DNA of 64,000 bases from the human T2T-CHM13v2.0 reference genome, Homo sapiens (GCF_009914755.1 NC_060945.1); one strand, 5' to 3'; positions 17,161 through 32,251 are shown, counted from the stretch's first letter. Numbers and translations: made by a program. The notes: a model not told the origin generated them from the sequence alone.

Positions 17161-18050
17161 ATTTTATACAAACATATTCAAATGGCCAACAGATATGTAG
17201 AAAGATGCTAAACATTACCATTCATGAGAAAATTGCAAATCAAAAGATACCACTTTACAGCAGTGGAATGATTAATATCAAAAAAAGAAACATAACAAGT
17301 TTTAACAAGGATGTGACAAAATATTTCTGTACAGTTTTAATGAGTTGCAGACTGGAAGAGTCATGAAAATTAGTACGCAGTTTATTTTAAAAAATAGACT
17401 ATCGTACAATCCTGAAATTTCACTTCTGTAAATAAACAAAATAAAATCAGCATCTCAAAAATTATCTGCACTCCTGTATTCAATGCAGCATTATTCACAA
17501 CTGTCAAGGATATTTTTTTTAAATGACTTATCTGTAGATGCTGAATGGATAAGGAAAATGTGGTATAAATCGACAACCGAATATTATTCACCCATAAAAA
17601 AGAATGAAATTCTGCTATTTCAACAACATGAATGGACCTGGGTACATTATGCTACGCAAAATAAGCCAGGCACAGAAAGACAAACACTGTGTGTTTGCAC
17701 TTAAATGGAGAATTTAAAAAGCCTGAACTTATAGAAGCAGAGTGTACAATGGTAATGACCAGGCCTGGAGGTAGAAAAAATGAGAAGGTGTTCAAAGAGT
17801 ACAAACTTTCAGTTATAAGATAAATAAGTTTTGGGGGTCTAATGTACAGCCTTAAGATGTAGTTAATAACAGTGTTTTGTATGCTTAAAATTTGCTACAA
17901 CAGTAGGAGACCTCAAATGCTCTCACTACAAAAAACATAACCATGTGAGGTGACAAAAATGTTCATCAACTTAATTGTATTAAACATTTTACAATATATA
18001 TCAAATTTTTATAATGTACACAATACATAATTATGCAATTTTTATTGGTC
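17161..18050 (+). mobile_element. Old L1M 3' end (L1MA-like)
   Basis: Contains aaaaagaatgaaattctgctattt, tacaaactttcagttataagataaataagtt and ccatgtgaggtga. Confidence 0.7.
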
Positions 18051-18069
18051 AAAAATTAATGTTATGTAC

Positions 18070-18210
18070 ACATGCATATATTCATATAAGTGTGTATATA
18101 GACATATATAAAACATATACATATATATCAATTACATATGTTGTTATGTATATAATTGTGTGTGTGTATATATATATATATATACACATATATACACACA
18201 CATACATATC
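18070..18210. repeat. Mixed (TA)n/(TG)n/(CA)n microsatellite
   Basis: Read directly from the sequence. Confidence 0.85.
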
Positions 18211-20399
18211 AATGACAAAATCCTAGTAAGCTTCAAACTAAACAAGGCAAAATTATAAAATGATAACTATTTAAAAATCAGGAAACAAATGGGTATTTAA
18301 TACATGCTCAGCTATATTTTGAGTTCCTCAATGGCAAAGTACATGTTTTAAATGTAGAAAGTAGATACATTAAACCATATTACAGTTTAGGAATTATGGC
18401 ACAGAGTGTTTACAGTATTAGCCTCAATACATACCAAAAGCTTAAAATTTTGAAGTAAAATAACATTTGGTTTCATTATATGGGGCAGATGCTTAGTATT
18501 CTGATAAAATTATTGAGTATGAATTTCTGTAGAATCACTTTTGAAACCTTCACAAGATATGAAATTATAAAGCAGAAAACTTACGACATCTGGATGTGGT
18601 GTTTCTGTGATTTCTAAACCAAATCCCAATATCTCCACTACTCTCACACATTTTAGACAAGACTCAAAATGGAAATTAGAAAATGTTTATCATAGATTTC
18701 CTTAAAAATCACAGACAGCTCCATGTCCTCAAAAGCAAAAAAAAGAGCAAGCAGCCATGTCCTCCAGTCCCTTGTAAGCCATGCAAAGGGCTTTGATTTT
18801 CTTTGTAACCTAGAAGAATGATCGTTGAAGGGGAAGTTAAGTCCTAGAAAATTGAAGAGCATGGGGCAGAGGATGTCAGTCTCTAATGAAAGCAAGAGAA
18901 ATAAATCAGGGCTTCTCAGAACAGATTTCCATTGAAGCATAGCTTCGCAAACCACACTTTAAGATCTAGCTTTCTCCTTGACCTTTGGACATCTCATCTC
19001 TGTCATCTGCCTTATTCACTCCCACCTATTTGGGTGTTTGGCTACTATCCCCTGTCTCCTCACACTCTGGGGCTTTTTCTTTTACTCAGTGTAGGTGATC
19101 AGGTTTAGCTTAGAGAACAGCCAAGGACTCTGTATTAGAAAAAGTAATATGACTTATGCTGTGATTTTCCAATTACTACTTAGTATTCTGCTCGGTGGAA
19201 AAAAACAGAACATTACAAAAGAGTCTAAAAATGTAATACCAAATACTATTTCCACACACAAACGTTATGATATTTAAAAACTTTTCTATATTTGTGGATC
19301 CTTAGCTCCATAACCCAGTGCTGCTGAATCAAAACTTGGTGGTGGTTGCCTGGGCCTGGTGACTCACACCGCCTATCACAGCACTTGGAGAGGCCAAGGC
19401 AGGCAAATAACTTAAGCCCAGGAGTTTGAGGCCAGCCTTGGAAACTTCACGAGACCTAGTCTACGGGTTGAGGGTGGGGAGGAGGGGGAAAGGTGGTGGT
19501 AATGGGAGGTGGTAATGCGATTATAAGGTGTGGGCAACCATATTTTGTGCCTCTAAATTTGTGGAGTTACCACTAATCTAAAATTAAGGATACAGATCAG
19601 CTGAAGAAAGAAAAAGATTTATGTCGAGATGAAACCTCCTCGTGAGGGTCTGCAGCTGCAATACCGCCAGGTGTCAGCATCCCACCTCTTTCGCCTGGCT
19701 GCAGCCCCACCAGGAGCCCGGCTCCAGCCGGGGCACTGCAGCAGGTACTAGACCTGGAAGGCGCAGGCGCGGGTTTCCTGCCCTCCGGGGTGTCTTCCCT
19801 CTCCCGGGACCCCAGGCAATTCAATTCATTCATCAAGCGCCGCTGCAACCATCCAAGTTGGGGCAGCAGTTCCCACAGTCGCCAGCCAAGATCTCCGCTC
19901 CAGAACCCGTGGGCTGCTTTCCCGGGGGAAGGACATTGTCTTCGGCAGCCACGAAGAAATCCGTCCCTGTGCACCCTGTTTCCCATTGTCACCAACGTCG
20001 TGTAAACTCTAGTCCTGAGGACACGAGAGAGACCCAGACCTGGCTCCGTGGACAGGCTCGGTGCCACGGCTTCCACCAGATGGACGGGTGCACTCTACAA
20101 ATCTCGGGGCCCACCGCACCAAGGAGACAGAAAGAAGCAAACAAAGGAAGGACCCTATGAAACGCACCCCCAAAGCAACCAACCAATACAAGAAAAAAAA
20201 AACACGTCTCAGGTCTCCGTTGATTTTCCCGCATGGCTGGCCCTGACCCCCTGTTCTAGCCTGGCCCAAGCACCCTCCACCTCACCCCGACCTGCTCAAA
20301 GTGCCCTGTCTACCTGAGCAGAGGCTCCCTCTCCAAGGCTCTGTCTCTCTCGCTCTACAACTCCCTCACCCTCTCCCTTTCTCTACTTCCCCCTCCAAC

Positions 20400-20740
20400 T
20401 CTCGCTCTTCTGTCACCTTCTGTCTCTCTCCCCCTCCACTTTTCTCTCTCTCCCCCCATTTGTATCTCTCCATCCCGGTCTCCCTAGCTCTCTTTCAAGC
20501 TGTGTCTGTGTCTTTGTCTATATGTCCTTGTGTGTGTCCGTGTGTGTCTGTGTGCTTGTATCCTTGTGTCCGTGTGTGTGTCTTTGTGTGTCCGTGTGTG
20601 TGTGTCCGTGTGTGTGTGTCCGTGTGTGTGTGTGTCTGTGTGTGTGTCCATGTGTTCCTGTGTGCATGCACCCGTGTGTACCTGTGTGTGTGTCGGGGTG
20701 GGTTTGCTCGTGGTAGTGGTGGGGTGTGTCTGTGTGTCCC
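20400..20740. repeat. (TC)-rich then (TG)-rich degenerate simple repeat flanking the D4Z4-like block
   Basis: Read directly from the sequence (gtgtgtgtcc units). Confidence 0.8.
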
Positions 20741-22586
20741 TCAGCCCCTCTTTCCCGGGGATCAGGCTGCCAGGGCTCTAGTGCCAGCGCGTGGCAAAGA
20801 AGGGCCTTCCTGTCCCGTTGGCCACGGGCAGGTCCTCGTCGGGACAAGCGACGATGGTGTGGACCTTGTGAGAAAAAGGGCCCGCAGGCCTGGGCTGGCT
20901 GTTCGCCCCTGGGCAGCCCTGACAGCTCTGGGTGTGTGGGCCAAGAGGGGGCCTTGCAGGAGGGGTGCGAGGGATTCAAAACAATTTTTTCCGCTGCAAG
21001 GCGGAAGACCAGAGGGGATCCCAGGACTGTGGGCCCCAGGCCCTGACGCCTCCGAGCACACCCTGTCCTGAGCAGGCCAGATGTGTTGGAAACTCAGGAG
21101 CTCGCAAGCCGGGGGAAGGCCTGGAGTGTCAGCGAAAGGGAGGCCGCCTGGTGGGCCTTGAGCCTGGGCAGGGGACTGAGGCATCACGGCCTGACGAAGG
21201 ATTCCTGTTTCCTGCAACATGGGGAGTCTCCAAAATGGCCTGTTTGGAAACGAAAGGAGAGCGAAGACACGATGCTGCTTTTCCACGCTTCGCTGGAGGT
21301 TTCTGTGCCCCACAGAGCTCGGGAAACAAACAGTCAACATGGTCACGCTTTCGGGGGCCAGAGACACGTGAGCAGCAGGCCCACTTGCAGAGGGCAAAGG
21401 AACGTGGAATCCGGAATCATGGTTCACTCGGCTTGAGTGTGACTCCTGTGTGGATGGGAGTATCTGCCTCGCACTCTGTTGCAGGCTCAGCGTGGGGATA
21501 TGTCATCTGTGAACCATGTGGATGAAAAACGGACAACCATTCGAGTCTCGGCTCTGTTCTTTGGGGAATTCCTCTGAATCTCTCCCGGATGAAGTAACCC
21601 AGGCTGGCGATCCAGAGGGCCGGTGAGCACACCGCTGGCCGAGGCGGCTGTGGGCTGAGCACTCAGCCTGCACTGGGCACCCAACATTTTCCCGGAGTTC
21701 GAGGTCCTGCTGGGCCTGGAGGCAGAAGACCGCTTTTCTCTTTGCCTTCCCTTCTCTGTTTCTTGCTCCTTTTCTCCCTCTGTCCATCCTTCCCTCTCTT
21801 CTTCCTTCTCTCCCTCCCTGTCTCCCTCCCTCCCTCTGTTCTTCTCTCCTTCCCTCTCTCCCACCATCCATACCTCCCTTTCTCCCTCCTTCCCTCCCTC
21901 CCTTCCTCTCTTTTTCTTTCCCTCCCTCCCTCCCTGCATCCCTTCCAAGGTCCGTCCCTTCATCCGTCTTTTCCTCCCTCTGTCCCTCTCTCTCACTTTG
22001 TCTCCGTTCCTTTCCCCATCTCTGCCTGGCTTCCCTCCCACCTAGAAAGGGAAGAACCACGGTTTGCGTGAGATCTCGGGGTCTACATTTAGTTCCCGGG
22101 CGCTTCACGTGATGCCGAGGAGGATGGCGGGGCACGGGTGGGCGAGGGTGGGTGGAGCGGGGAGGTAGTGGAGTTGAGCTGCGGAAAGGAGAGCAGGCCT
22201 GGCCGCTGCCCGGGTCGGTATTTCCCGGGGTGGAGGTCTCCGCCTACACCACTGAAGAACGCGGGGGTGGGGGTGTACTGTCTGGGGGGGCGGGGGAAGG
22301 GATGAGAGCCCTGCCTGGGCTGGCCCCAAACCCTAGCCGGCTGCCCGCGGACCCGCGCATGCGCAGTAGACGGCCCATCTCTGAGTACCTGGGCTGGCTC
22401 TGAAATCCTTGGGATGCTCAGGAAAGAATGACAGCCCTCCTTTCTGTGGAGTCTCTCACTGGACTTGGACTCAGGGATCCTAGACAGGTCAGCTGGAAGG
22501 GAAGACACAGGTCTCCATACCGAGCCAGAGGTTCACCGCGAAAGAGGAGCCACCGACCTGCCCCCACCCGGTCCCAACCCCGCTTC

Positions 22587-23625
<1,039 letters not shown>

Positions 23626-23684
23626 TCAGTTGGCCTCTGTGCTGCAGGCAGGTCCAGGCAGGAGTCCGACCCCGCCAGTGGCCC

Positions 23685-23720
23685 TTATAAAGACCCACCA
23701 GCTTCACGCCTTCATGAATA
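23685..23720 (-). promoter_or_regulatory. DUX-type promoter remnant (TATAA box plus degenerate GC box/D4Z4-binding element)
   Basis: The minus strand reads ATTCATGAAGGCGTGAAGCTGGTGGGTCTTTATAAGGGC, ~130 bp upstream of the ATG, at the position of the DUX4 TACAA box. Confidence 0.55.
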
Positions 23721-24063
23721 TGCATGAACACCCAAGGGCCCTGGGTAACCTGCCCTCCGAAGGGCCCAGAAACCACAGACACAGGGCCTTGTGTGGTAGG
23801 TGAAGGTGGGGCCAGATCAGCTGGGAAAGGGGGGCTTCTGGGACTGGCTGTCTGAGTTCTCCAGAATTCTACAGAAACTGGAAGTTTCTCTCTGGGTTCA
23901 CACACGATTTCAGGGAGAAACCACCCTGGAAGGGTGGAGTGTGGAACTGAACCTCCATGATAGTCTTGATTTTCCAGGCCCTCTCCGTGAAGCCGGCAAT
24001 GCCTGTGGGTGTCGCCGTTGCCGTGATAGTCACACACGCAGGTGTGTGGATCTCATTCATTTT

Positions 24064-26630
24064 TTTATTTTCATTTTTTATTTCTACCTCTTAAAGTCAA
24101 TGATAAAGTCATGAGTGTAAAATGAATGCATTTAAAAACATAAAAGATACATTTCAATGACAAGAAATATGCAATGATCATGAAAATCTACTGTACACTT
24201 TGCCAAGGTCAAAGAATGAAAGACAATATGGAAAAGCCAATCCTCAAATATATCCTTAACAAAAACTCTCTCCTACATAGTAAAAGCATCATCTAAACAG
24301 CAGCTCCAACCGAGAAAAAAAATACAACAAAAAACAAAACAAAACAAAAAAACAGCAGGGTAGATGGGACAGATAACTTTCCCCAGGTTTTCCAGATAAA
24401 AACATGTGGTCACCAGGAATTCAAGGTAACTTCAAAAGCCACATTTAATTCAAAATAAAATGAACACTTCTGACAGATGACAGCAGTATGATACTGACTT
24501 TTTTCTTTCCTAGATACAAATGATATGGGGCATTTCTTAACAGTTTAGTAATCGTCTAAGAATAACTGTAGAAATAACCCCAATTCCACCGTCCCAGCCA
24601 CTGGTATAAAACAAATAACCTTCCATTGATACTGTCTTTCACATAACTACAATATCCTCACTTACTTGGAACAATTTCATGCTTACACATGATCACAAAC
24701 ACTTGTTTTTAGATGTTGTTGAATTATTGGAGCTGAGATTTTTTAAACAATATCTGAATCTTAGCAGAGAGCAAATAATCATTTCACTATACATTGATTG
24801 GGCTTCCTTAACCAAATCTGAGAAACTACTATAATAATAATGCTGGTGGTAATCCATGATACTCTCAAATTTTTCCCTTTAAGAAATATATAATCCATGT
24901 AACTCTAGCAAATATGTTACATTGCACACTTTCTTAACAAGGAATGGCTGTTTTCAGGCCTTATTAGGAAAACAAAGAAACAAACAATGGCAGTTACTAT
25001 CTGTTTTTTATCACTGATAAGCTACAATAAAGCTCAAATATGACAGTTTAATTGTGTGATATTAAGTAAAAAATGAAAACTATTATAGTTTTACCAAAAG
25101 AAACACAAAAAATGTGGGAAGAAGTCAAATGAGCATGGCATAAGTCCCAAAGATTACACTATGATTCTGAACAGGATTTTCCAAACAAAGGGTATCTACA
25201 TACAATTTCTGTGGATATTTCTTGTAATAGAAAGATCCAAAGCAAATGTAGGCTCAGCCCTACCTTGTCAAAGATAAATATTCAGATAAACTAGAAGTTC
25301 GATCTGCTAAAGTGCATCCGCTGACCAGATCTACCATGGCGCTGCTACTTAGAGCCATCTAAGAAAGTGGCCTCACTCATGCTCATTCACCTGTTCTGTG
25401 GCCTATCAAGAGTCACACATAACAATGGTTTTGCTTTTTTTAAAAAAAAAACAAATACTTTATACAGTGAACTACAGAAAAAACAATTCTAAATATACTT
25501 TTAAAATTCTAGAGAGTTAAGGTAACCTCATTTTTTAAAATACTGAAAATGTAAAGGGTCCATATAAAGAGTTGTATTAAGTACATACTTCCTATTTTAA
25601 TAATTCACTTGCTGTGCTCTTAAAATCTCTATGAGAGAAGCAGATATTTTACTCGTGTCTTTTGGCAAGAGATTCAAAAGCAAAAGTAGCAGGGCTGTAA
25701 AATTTCATAAAATTTGTGGGATTTTTAAAAGCTAAATTATTCAATATTTTGTATTGTTATTGCACTCATATATTGCCCGGAATATATATACAGCAACCCA
25801 GCAACAGTGATTGCAACAAAAGTAAGGTAAATAGGTCTACAAAGCATTTGATTTCCTTATTAGATAAGTGAAGTTTTCATAGAGGAAGTGCAAATTCAGA
25901 TCAGGTTACATAAGCTTAACAATTATTCAAACCTTATATAAAATTAAATCTAACCCTCACCACTACAAATCTGTAAGGAATCACTGTCAGGAATCTACAG
26001 GACTTGGCTCATATTTACATTCGACGCACACTTAGAAATTTCATAAATGATGAGATGCAGGCCAAGGGGATTCCTCAAAGGGCTCCACCCAAAAGGAAAA
26101 GAAAGAGAGTTAAACAGAGAATTACCACTTACGTATTTGTGGGTAATCAGCTTATTCCTCAGCCTCTAGACAGGGAGGAGGATGAAAAAATGGAAGAAAA
26201 TAATAAAGAAGAGGAAGAAAAAGGTCACAGTGAAGCGATGAAGCCAGAGAAGCCACCTCAAAATTTACTGAGAGAAAAAATCATGAAGCTGCCCCTCCCT
26301 GAATCTTTAAAAGCTTACTTGACATATTTTAGAGACAAATAACTTAGATCAAGAAGAAAGAATGCCTACTGATAATTCCTTTGGTCTTGAAAATGTAGCA
26401 TTTGTTAGGAATTAAAAGAATTATTTCATCAGAGCAAATTATAGTGGAAAAAATATCACTTGTTACTGTCAGTAACATAAATGATGTATGAGTGAATAAA
26501 AGAATCCCTTTTATAAAATCTATTTTTCTTTAAATCTTGGAAAATTGTTGTTTCACCTCAGAGTGATTTCAAAGTGGAATGTAACAGTAGTCAAGACTTG
26601 TGTGCTATAAATCCTTTTCTGATTCCTTAC
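24064..26630 (-). pseudogene. PCMTD1P: PCMTD1 processed pseudogene, 5'-truncated with a 5' inversion
   Basis: TSD ggatctc(a/g)ttcatttt at 24048-24063 and 26631-26646. T-rich decayed tail at the left end. UTR-like segment on the minus strand, ~24080-25983. Inverted coding plus proximal UTR segment on the plus strand, 25984-26630. Confidence 0.88.
25986..26342 (+). pseudogene. PCMTD1P: PCMTD1 C-terminal coding fragment (SOCS-box region), frame still open
   Basis: VRNLQDLAHIYIRRTLRNFINDEMQAKGIPQRAPPKRKRKRVKQ...LPLPESLKAYLTYFRDK* matches the PCMTD1 C-terminus. Confidence 0.92.
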
Positions 26631-28044
26631 GGATCTCGTTCATTTTCATGTAGAAAACGAGAGCGAAACTACAGAGAAAAGAAAGGCCCAGTGCATCAGG
26701 GCCTGAAGAGGGATTCCTGTTTCCTGCAACATGGGGAGTCTCCACTATGGCCTGTTTCCAAACAGGGAACTGGAAAGGAGAGCGAAGACACGATGCTGTT
26801 TTTCCACGGTTCTCTGGAGGTTTCTGTGTCCCCAGAGAGCTCGGGAAACAAACAGTCAACATGGTCACGCTTTCGGGGGCCAGAGATGCATGAGCAACAG
26901 GTCCCCTTGCAGAAGGCAAAGGAACGTGGAACCCGAAACCACGCTTCAGTCGGCCTGAGTGTGACTCCTGTGTGGACGAGACTATCCACCTAGCGCTCCG
27001 TTGCAGGCTCAACGTGGGGCTATCTCATCTGTGAACCATGTGGATGAAAAATGGACAATCACCCGAGTCTCGGCTCATTGCTCTCTGGGCAATTCCCTCA
27101 TTCCTTGGGAGACGAAATTCGGCTGAATCGCTCTTGGATGAAGTAACCCAGGCTGGCGATCCAGAGGGCCGGTGAGAGCCCCGCAGGCCGACGCGGCTGT
27201 GGGCCGAGCACTTAGCCTGCACTGTGCACCCAACATTTTCCCGGAGTGCAAGATCCTGGTGGTCCTGGAGGCAGAAGACTGCTTTTCTCTCTGCCTTCCT
27301 CTCTCTGTTTCTTGCTCCCTCCCTCCCTCTTTCCCCCCGTCCCTCCCGCAGTTCCTCCCCGCCTTCCCTTCCTCCCTCCCTCCTTCCCTCTCTCCTTCCT
27401 TCTATCCCTCCATCCTTTCCAAGGTCCCTCGGTCCATCCGTTCTTTCCTCCCTCCATCGCTCCCTCCCTCTCTGTCTCCGTTCCTCTCCCCATCTCTGCC
27501 TGAGTTCCCTCCCGCGTAGAAAGGGCAGCACCCCGGTTTGCGCGGGGTCTCGGGTCTGCATTTAGCTGTCAGGCGCTCCACGGTGATGCCGAGGAAGCTG
27601 GTGGGGCAAGGGTAGGCGAGTGACGGTGTGGCGGGGATGCAGAGTTGGCGAGACGCGGAAAGAAGAACAGACCTGGCACCTGCCCGGGCCAGTGTTTCCC
27701 GGGATGGAGGTCTCCGCCCGCCCCACTGAAGAACGCGGTGGGGGGCAAGAGGGAAGTGATGAGAACTCCACCTAGGCTAGTTAGAAAACCTAGGCTACTG
27801 CCTGCTAACTCGCGCATGAGCAGTAGACAGTCCGCCTCCCGGTACCTGGAGGGGCCCTGGGATCCCCGGGATGCTCAGAAAAGAATGACAGCCCTCCTCT
27901 GAGTGGAGTCTCTCACGGGACCTGGAACTCAGGGATCCTAGGCAGGTCAGCTGGAAGGGAAGACACGCCTCTCCATACCGAGTCAGAGGTTCACCGTGAA
28001 AGAGAGGCCGCCGCCCTGCCCCTACCCAGCCCCAGCCCCGCGTC

Positions 28045-28800
28045 CTAAAGCTCCTCCAGCACAGCCCGCTATTCTTCCTGGCTGAGGAGTGGTTCCAGCG
28101 GAGCGGGCTCTTCCACGTCCTTCAGCTCCCCCAGTGGCGCCGGATCTAGGAAAAGTTGTGCCTTTTGCTGGAACTCTGGGGTTTACTGGCAGGGGGTTTA
28201 CTGGCTGGGGGTGAGTGTAGATGAGCGCCCCGGCTCCTGGAGCGGTTGGGAGGCGCCTGGATGGCTTGCATATGTGCTTGACCCGGAGGCCTCTGAGGTC
28301 GCGAGCTTCGGAAGTGGAGGTGCCCCGTCTTCAGTTTCCCACGCCGCCCTGGCAACCTGGGGCTCCAGCCCCACCGCGGACTCTGGTGGGATGTGGGTGG
28401 CGCAAACATACTTTGCCCCTGTGACTCAGCTTGAGGGTACCCAAGCTGTCCCACTGAGCATGCACCCAGCAGGCCGCTGTGCTGCGGGTCCTGGTCCTCC
28501 TGGCATTTTTTGGGGTGCGGAGGCCACCGAGGAGTCTGAGGGTGGGACAGTCCTACTTCTAGAGGGGCCAGGGCAGCAAACACAAAATCCCCGCGTGCCG
28601 GGGCACGTTGAGAGATTCCTTCTGCCTGCGCAGCCTGGCTAGGCTGGAGCGGTGGGACCGCCCTTGCTCCCTGGCTCACGAAAGCCCCCTGTGGGAGAGC
28701 CCCAGGCATGCAGGGTGTGTGGGGTGCGGCAAGCCCTGTTCCCCATGCCCCGGTGTGGGTGAACTCGATTGAGGAGGGAGGAGGATGACATCCGCCGGGG
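28045..28800 (-). pseudogene. DUX4L: Second DUX4-like pseudogene, 5'-truncated (no homeoboxes)
   Basis: [49 protein letters not shown] is present and the remnant ends EE*RAVLEEL*. GC-rich sequence ends abruptly at ~28800. Confidence 0.9.
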
Positions 28801-29085
28801 GTGTTAATTAGTAAGCACAGTGGCCTCAAAGAGCTCAAATGAAAGGAAGAATTGCACGTCTCTCACTTGAAGTCCAGAGCTAGAAATGATTAAGCATAGT
28901 GAAGATGTAAAATTTTCATCGCTAGAGAGATGTCCACACTTGGCTTCAAAACTTCAAAGGATGGGCTGACTCTCTTTAAGGACCACTGCAGTTGGTGACT
29001 TTAAGTTACAGCCAGTGCTCATTGACCACTCTGAAAATCTCACGGCCGTTAGGAATTATGCAAAATCTATTCTTTCTGTGCTCTA

Positions 29086-29575
<490 letters not shown>

Positions 29576-30453
29576 ATTGCTGCTTATTGACAATTCACCT
29601 AGCTACCCAAAAGCTTAGATGGAGATGTACTTGGAAATTAATATTATTTTCATGGCTGCTAATACAATATCTATCTTTCAGCCTGTGGATCAAGGAGTGG
29701 TTTTGACTTTCAAGTGTTTTTATTAAATAATAAATGCATTTTGTAAAGGTATAGCTGTCATAGATACTAATTTCTTTGATGAATCTGGATAAACTGAATT
29801 GAAAACCTTTTGGAAAGGTTTCACCATTAATCCTTTCATGATATTTCAACCTCTTCACGTGAATCAAAAATGTCCTTAATAGCAAATGTCATTAAGGACA
29901 TTTGTGATTGATGGGAGGAGGTTGAAATATCAACATTAACAGGAGTTTGGAAGAAGTTGATTCCAGCCCTCATGGAAGACTTTGAAGGCTCAGGATGTCA
30001 GTGGAGGAAGTCCCTACAGATGTGGTAGAAATCGCAAGACAACCAGAATTAGAATTAGGGCCTTTAGATGAGATTAAATTGCTGTAAACTCATGATGAAA
30101 CTTGAGCATCTGGGGAGTTGCTTCTTATGGATGAGCAAAGAAAATATTTTCTTGAGATGGAATCTACTCCAGGTGGAGATGCTACGAACATTGTTGAAAT
30201 AACAACAAAGCGTTTAGAATATTCCATAAACCTAGTTGATAAAGCAGCAGCAGGGTTTGAGAGGGTTTACTCCAATTTTGAAAGAAGTTCTACTGTGGAT
30301 AAAATGCTATCAAACAGCATCAACATGCTACAGGGAAATCTTTTGTGAAAGGAACAAACTTCATTGTTTTAAGAAATTGACACAAGCACCCAACCTTCAG
30401 CAGCCCCCACACTGATCAGTCAGCAGCCATCAACATAGAGGCAAGACCCTCAC

Positions 30454-31484
30454 TGTAAGAGAAAAGAAAGAGAGATCAGACTGTTACTGTGTCTACATAG
30501 AAAGGAAAGACGTAAGAGACTCCATTTTGAAAAAGACTTGTACTTTAAACAATTGCTTTGCTGAGATGTTGTTAATTTGTAGCTTTGCCCCAGCCACTTT
30601 GCCCCAGCCACTTTGACTCAACCTGGAGCTCACAAAAACATGTGTTGTATGAAATCAAGGTTTAAGGGATCTAGGGCTGTGCAGGATGTGCCTTGTTAAC
30701 AAAATATTTACAAGCAGTATACTTGGTAAAAGTCATCGCCATTCTCTAGTCTCAATAAACGAGGGGCACAATGCACTGCAGAAAGCCGCAGGGACCTCTG
30801 CTCTTGAAAGCGGGATATTGTCCAAGGTTTCTCCCCATGTGATAGCCTGAAATATGGCCTCATGGGATGAGAAAGACCTGACTGTCCCCCAGCCCGACAC
30901 CCGGTAAGGGTCTGTGCTGAGGTGGATTAGTAAAAGAGGAAAGCCTCTTGCAGTTGAGATAGAGGAAGGCCACTGTCTCCTGGCTGCCCCTGGGAACTGA
31001 ATGTCTCAGTATAAAACCTGATTGTACATTTGTTCAATTCTGAGATAAGAGAAAAACCGCCCTATGGTGGGAGGTGAGACATGTTTGCAGTAATGCTGCT
31101 TTGTTATTCTTTACTCCACTGAGATGTTTGGGTGGAGAGAAACATAAATCTGGCTTACATGCACGTCCACTCATAGTACCTTCCCTTGAACTTAATTATG
31201 ACATAGATTTTTTTGCTCACATGTTTTTTGCTGACCTTCTCCTTATTATCACCCTACTCTCCTACTACATTCCTTTTTGCTGAAATAATGAAAATAATAA
31301 GCAATAAAAACTGAGGGAACTCAGAGGCCGGTGCCTGTGCAGGCCCTTGGTATGCTGAGCGCCGGTCCCCTGGGCCTACTGTTGTTTCTCTATACTTTGT
31401 CTCTGTGTCTTACTTCTTTTCTCAGTCTCTTGTCCCACCTGACTAGAAATACCCACAAGTCTGGAGGGGTGGGCCACCCCTTCA
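30454..31484 (+). mobile_element. HERV-K(HML-2) solo LTR (LTR5A/LTR5B-like)
   Basis: Runs from TGT..gaaaagaaagagagatcagactgttactgtgtct to gccaccccttCA, 1031 bp, with TATAAAA and AATAAA motifs. 5-bp TSD CTCAC at 30449-30453 and 31485-31489. Confidence 0.93.
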
Positions 31485-31881
31485 CTCACCAGCAAAAAGA
31501 TTATGACTTGGTAAGGCTCAGATATTCATTAGTATTTTTCAGCAATTAGGTATTTTAAGTTAAGGTATGTACATAGTTTTGTAGACATAATGCGATTACT
31601 AATTAATTAATTAATTAATAATTATTAAATACTCATTAGACTACAACATAGTTTAAGCATAACTTTTATAAGCACTGGGAAACAAAGTGTTTATGCGACT
31701 AACTTGTTTGTAACATTTACCTTCTTGTGGTTGTCTGGAACCAAACCCACACTATCTCTGAGTATGCTTGTAGGTTTTTGGTTGTTCTTTGTTTTGAGAT
31801 AGAGTTTCGCTCTGTCACCCAGTCCAGAGTGCAGTGACATGATTATAGCTCACTGCAGCCTCAAACTGCTGGGTCAAGTGA

Positions 31882-32251
<370 letters not shown>

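Noticed and set aside
19597-22508. Long ORFs around the TG repeat and the D4Z4 flank
   Set aside because: GC-rich or simple-repeat artefacts with no homology I can recognise.
26004-26342. Open 112-codon PCMTD1-like ORF as a functional gene
   Set aside because: It is a fragment of an inverted, 5'-truncated retrocopy with no methyltransferase domain and no native start.
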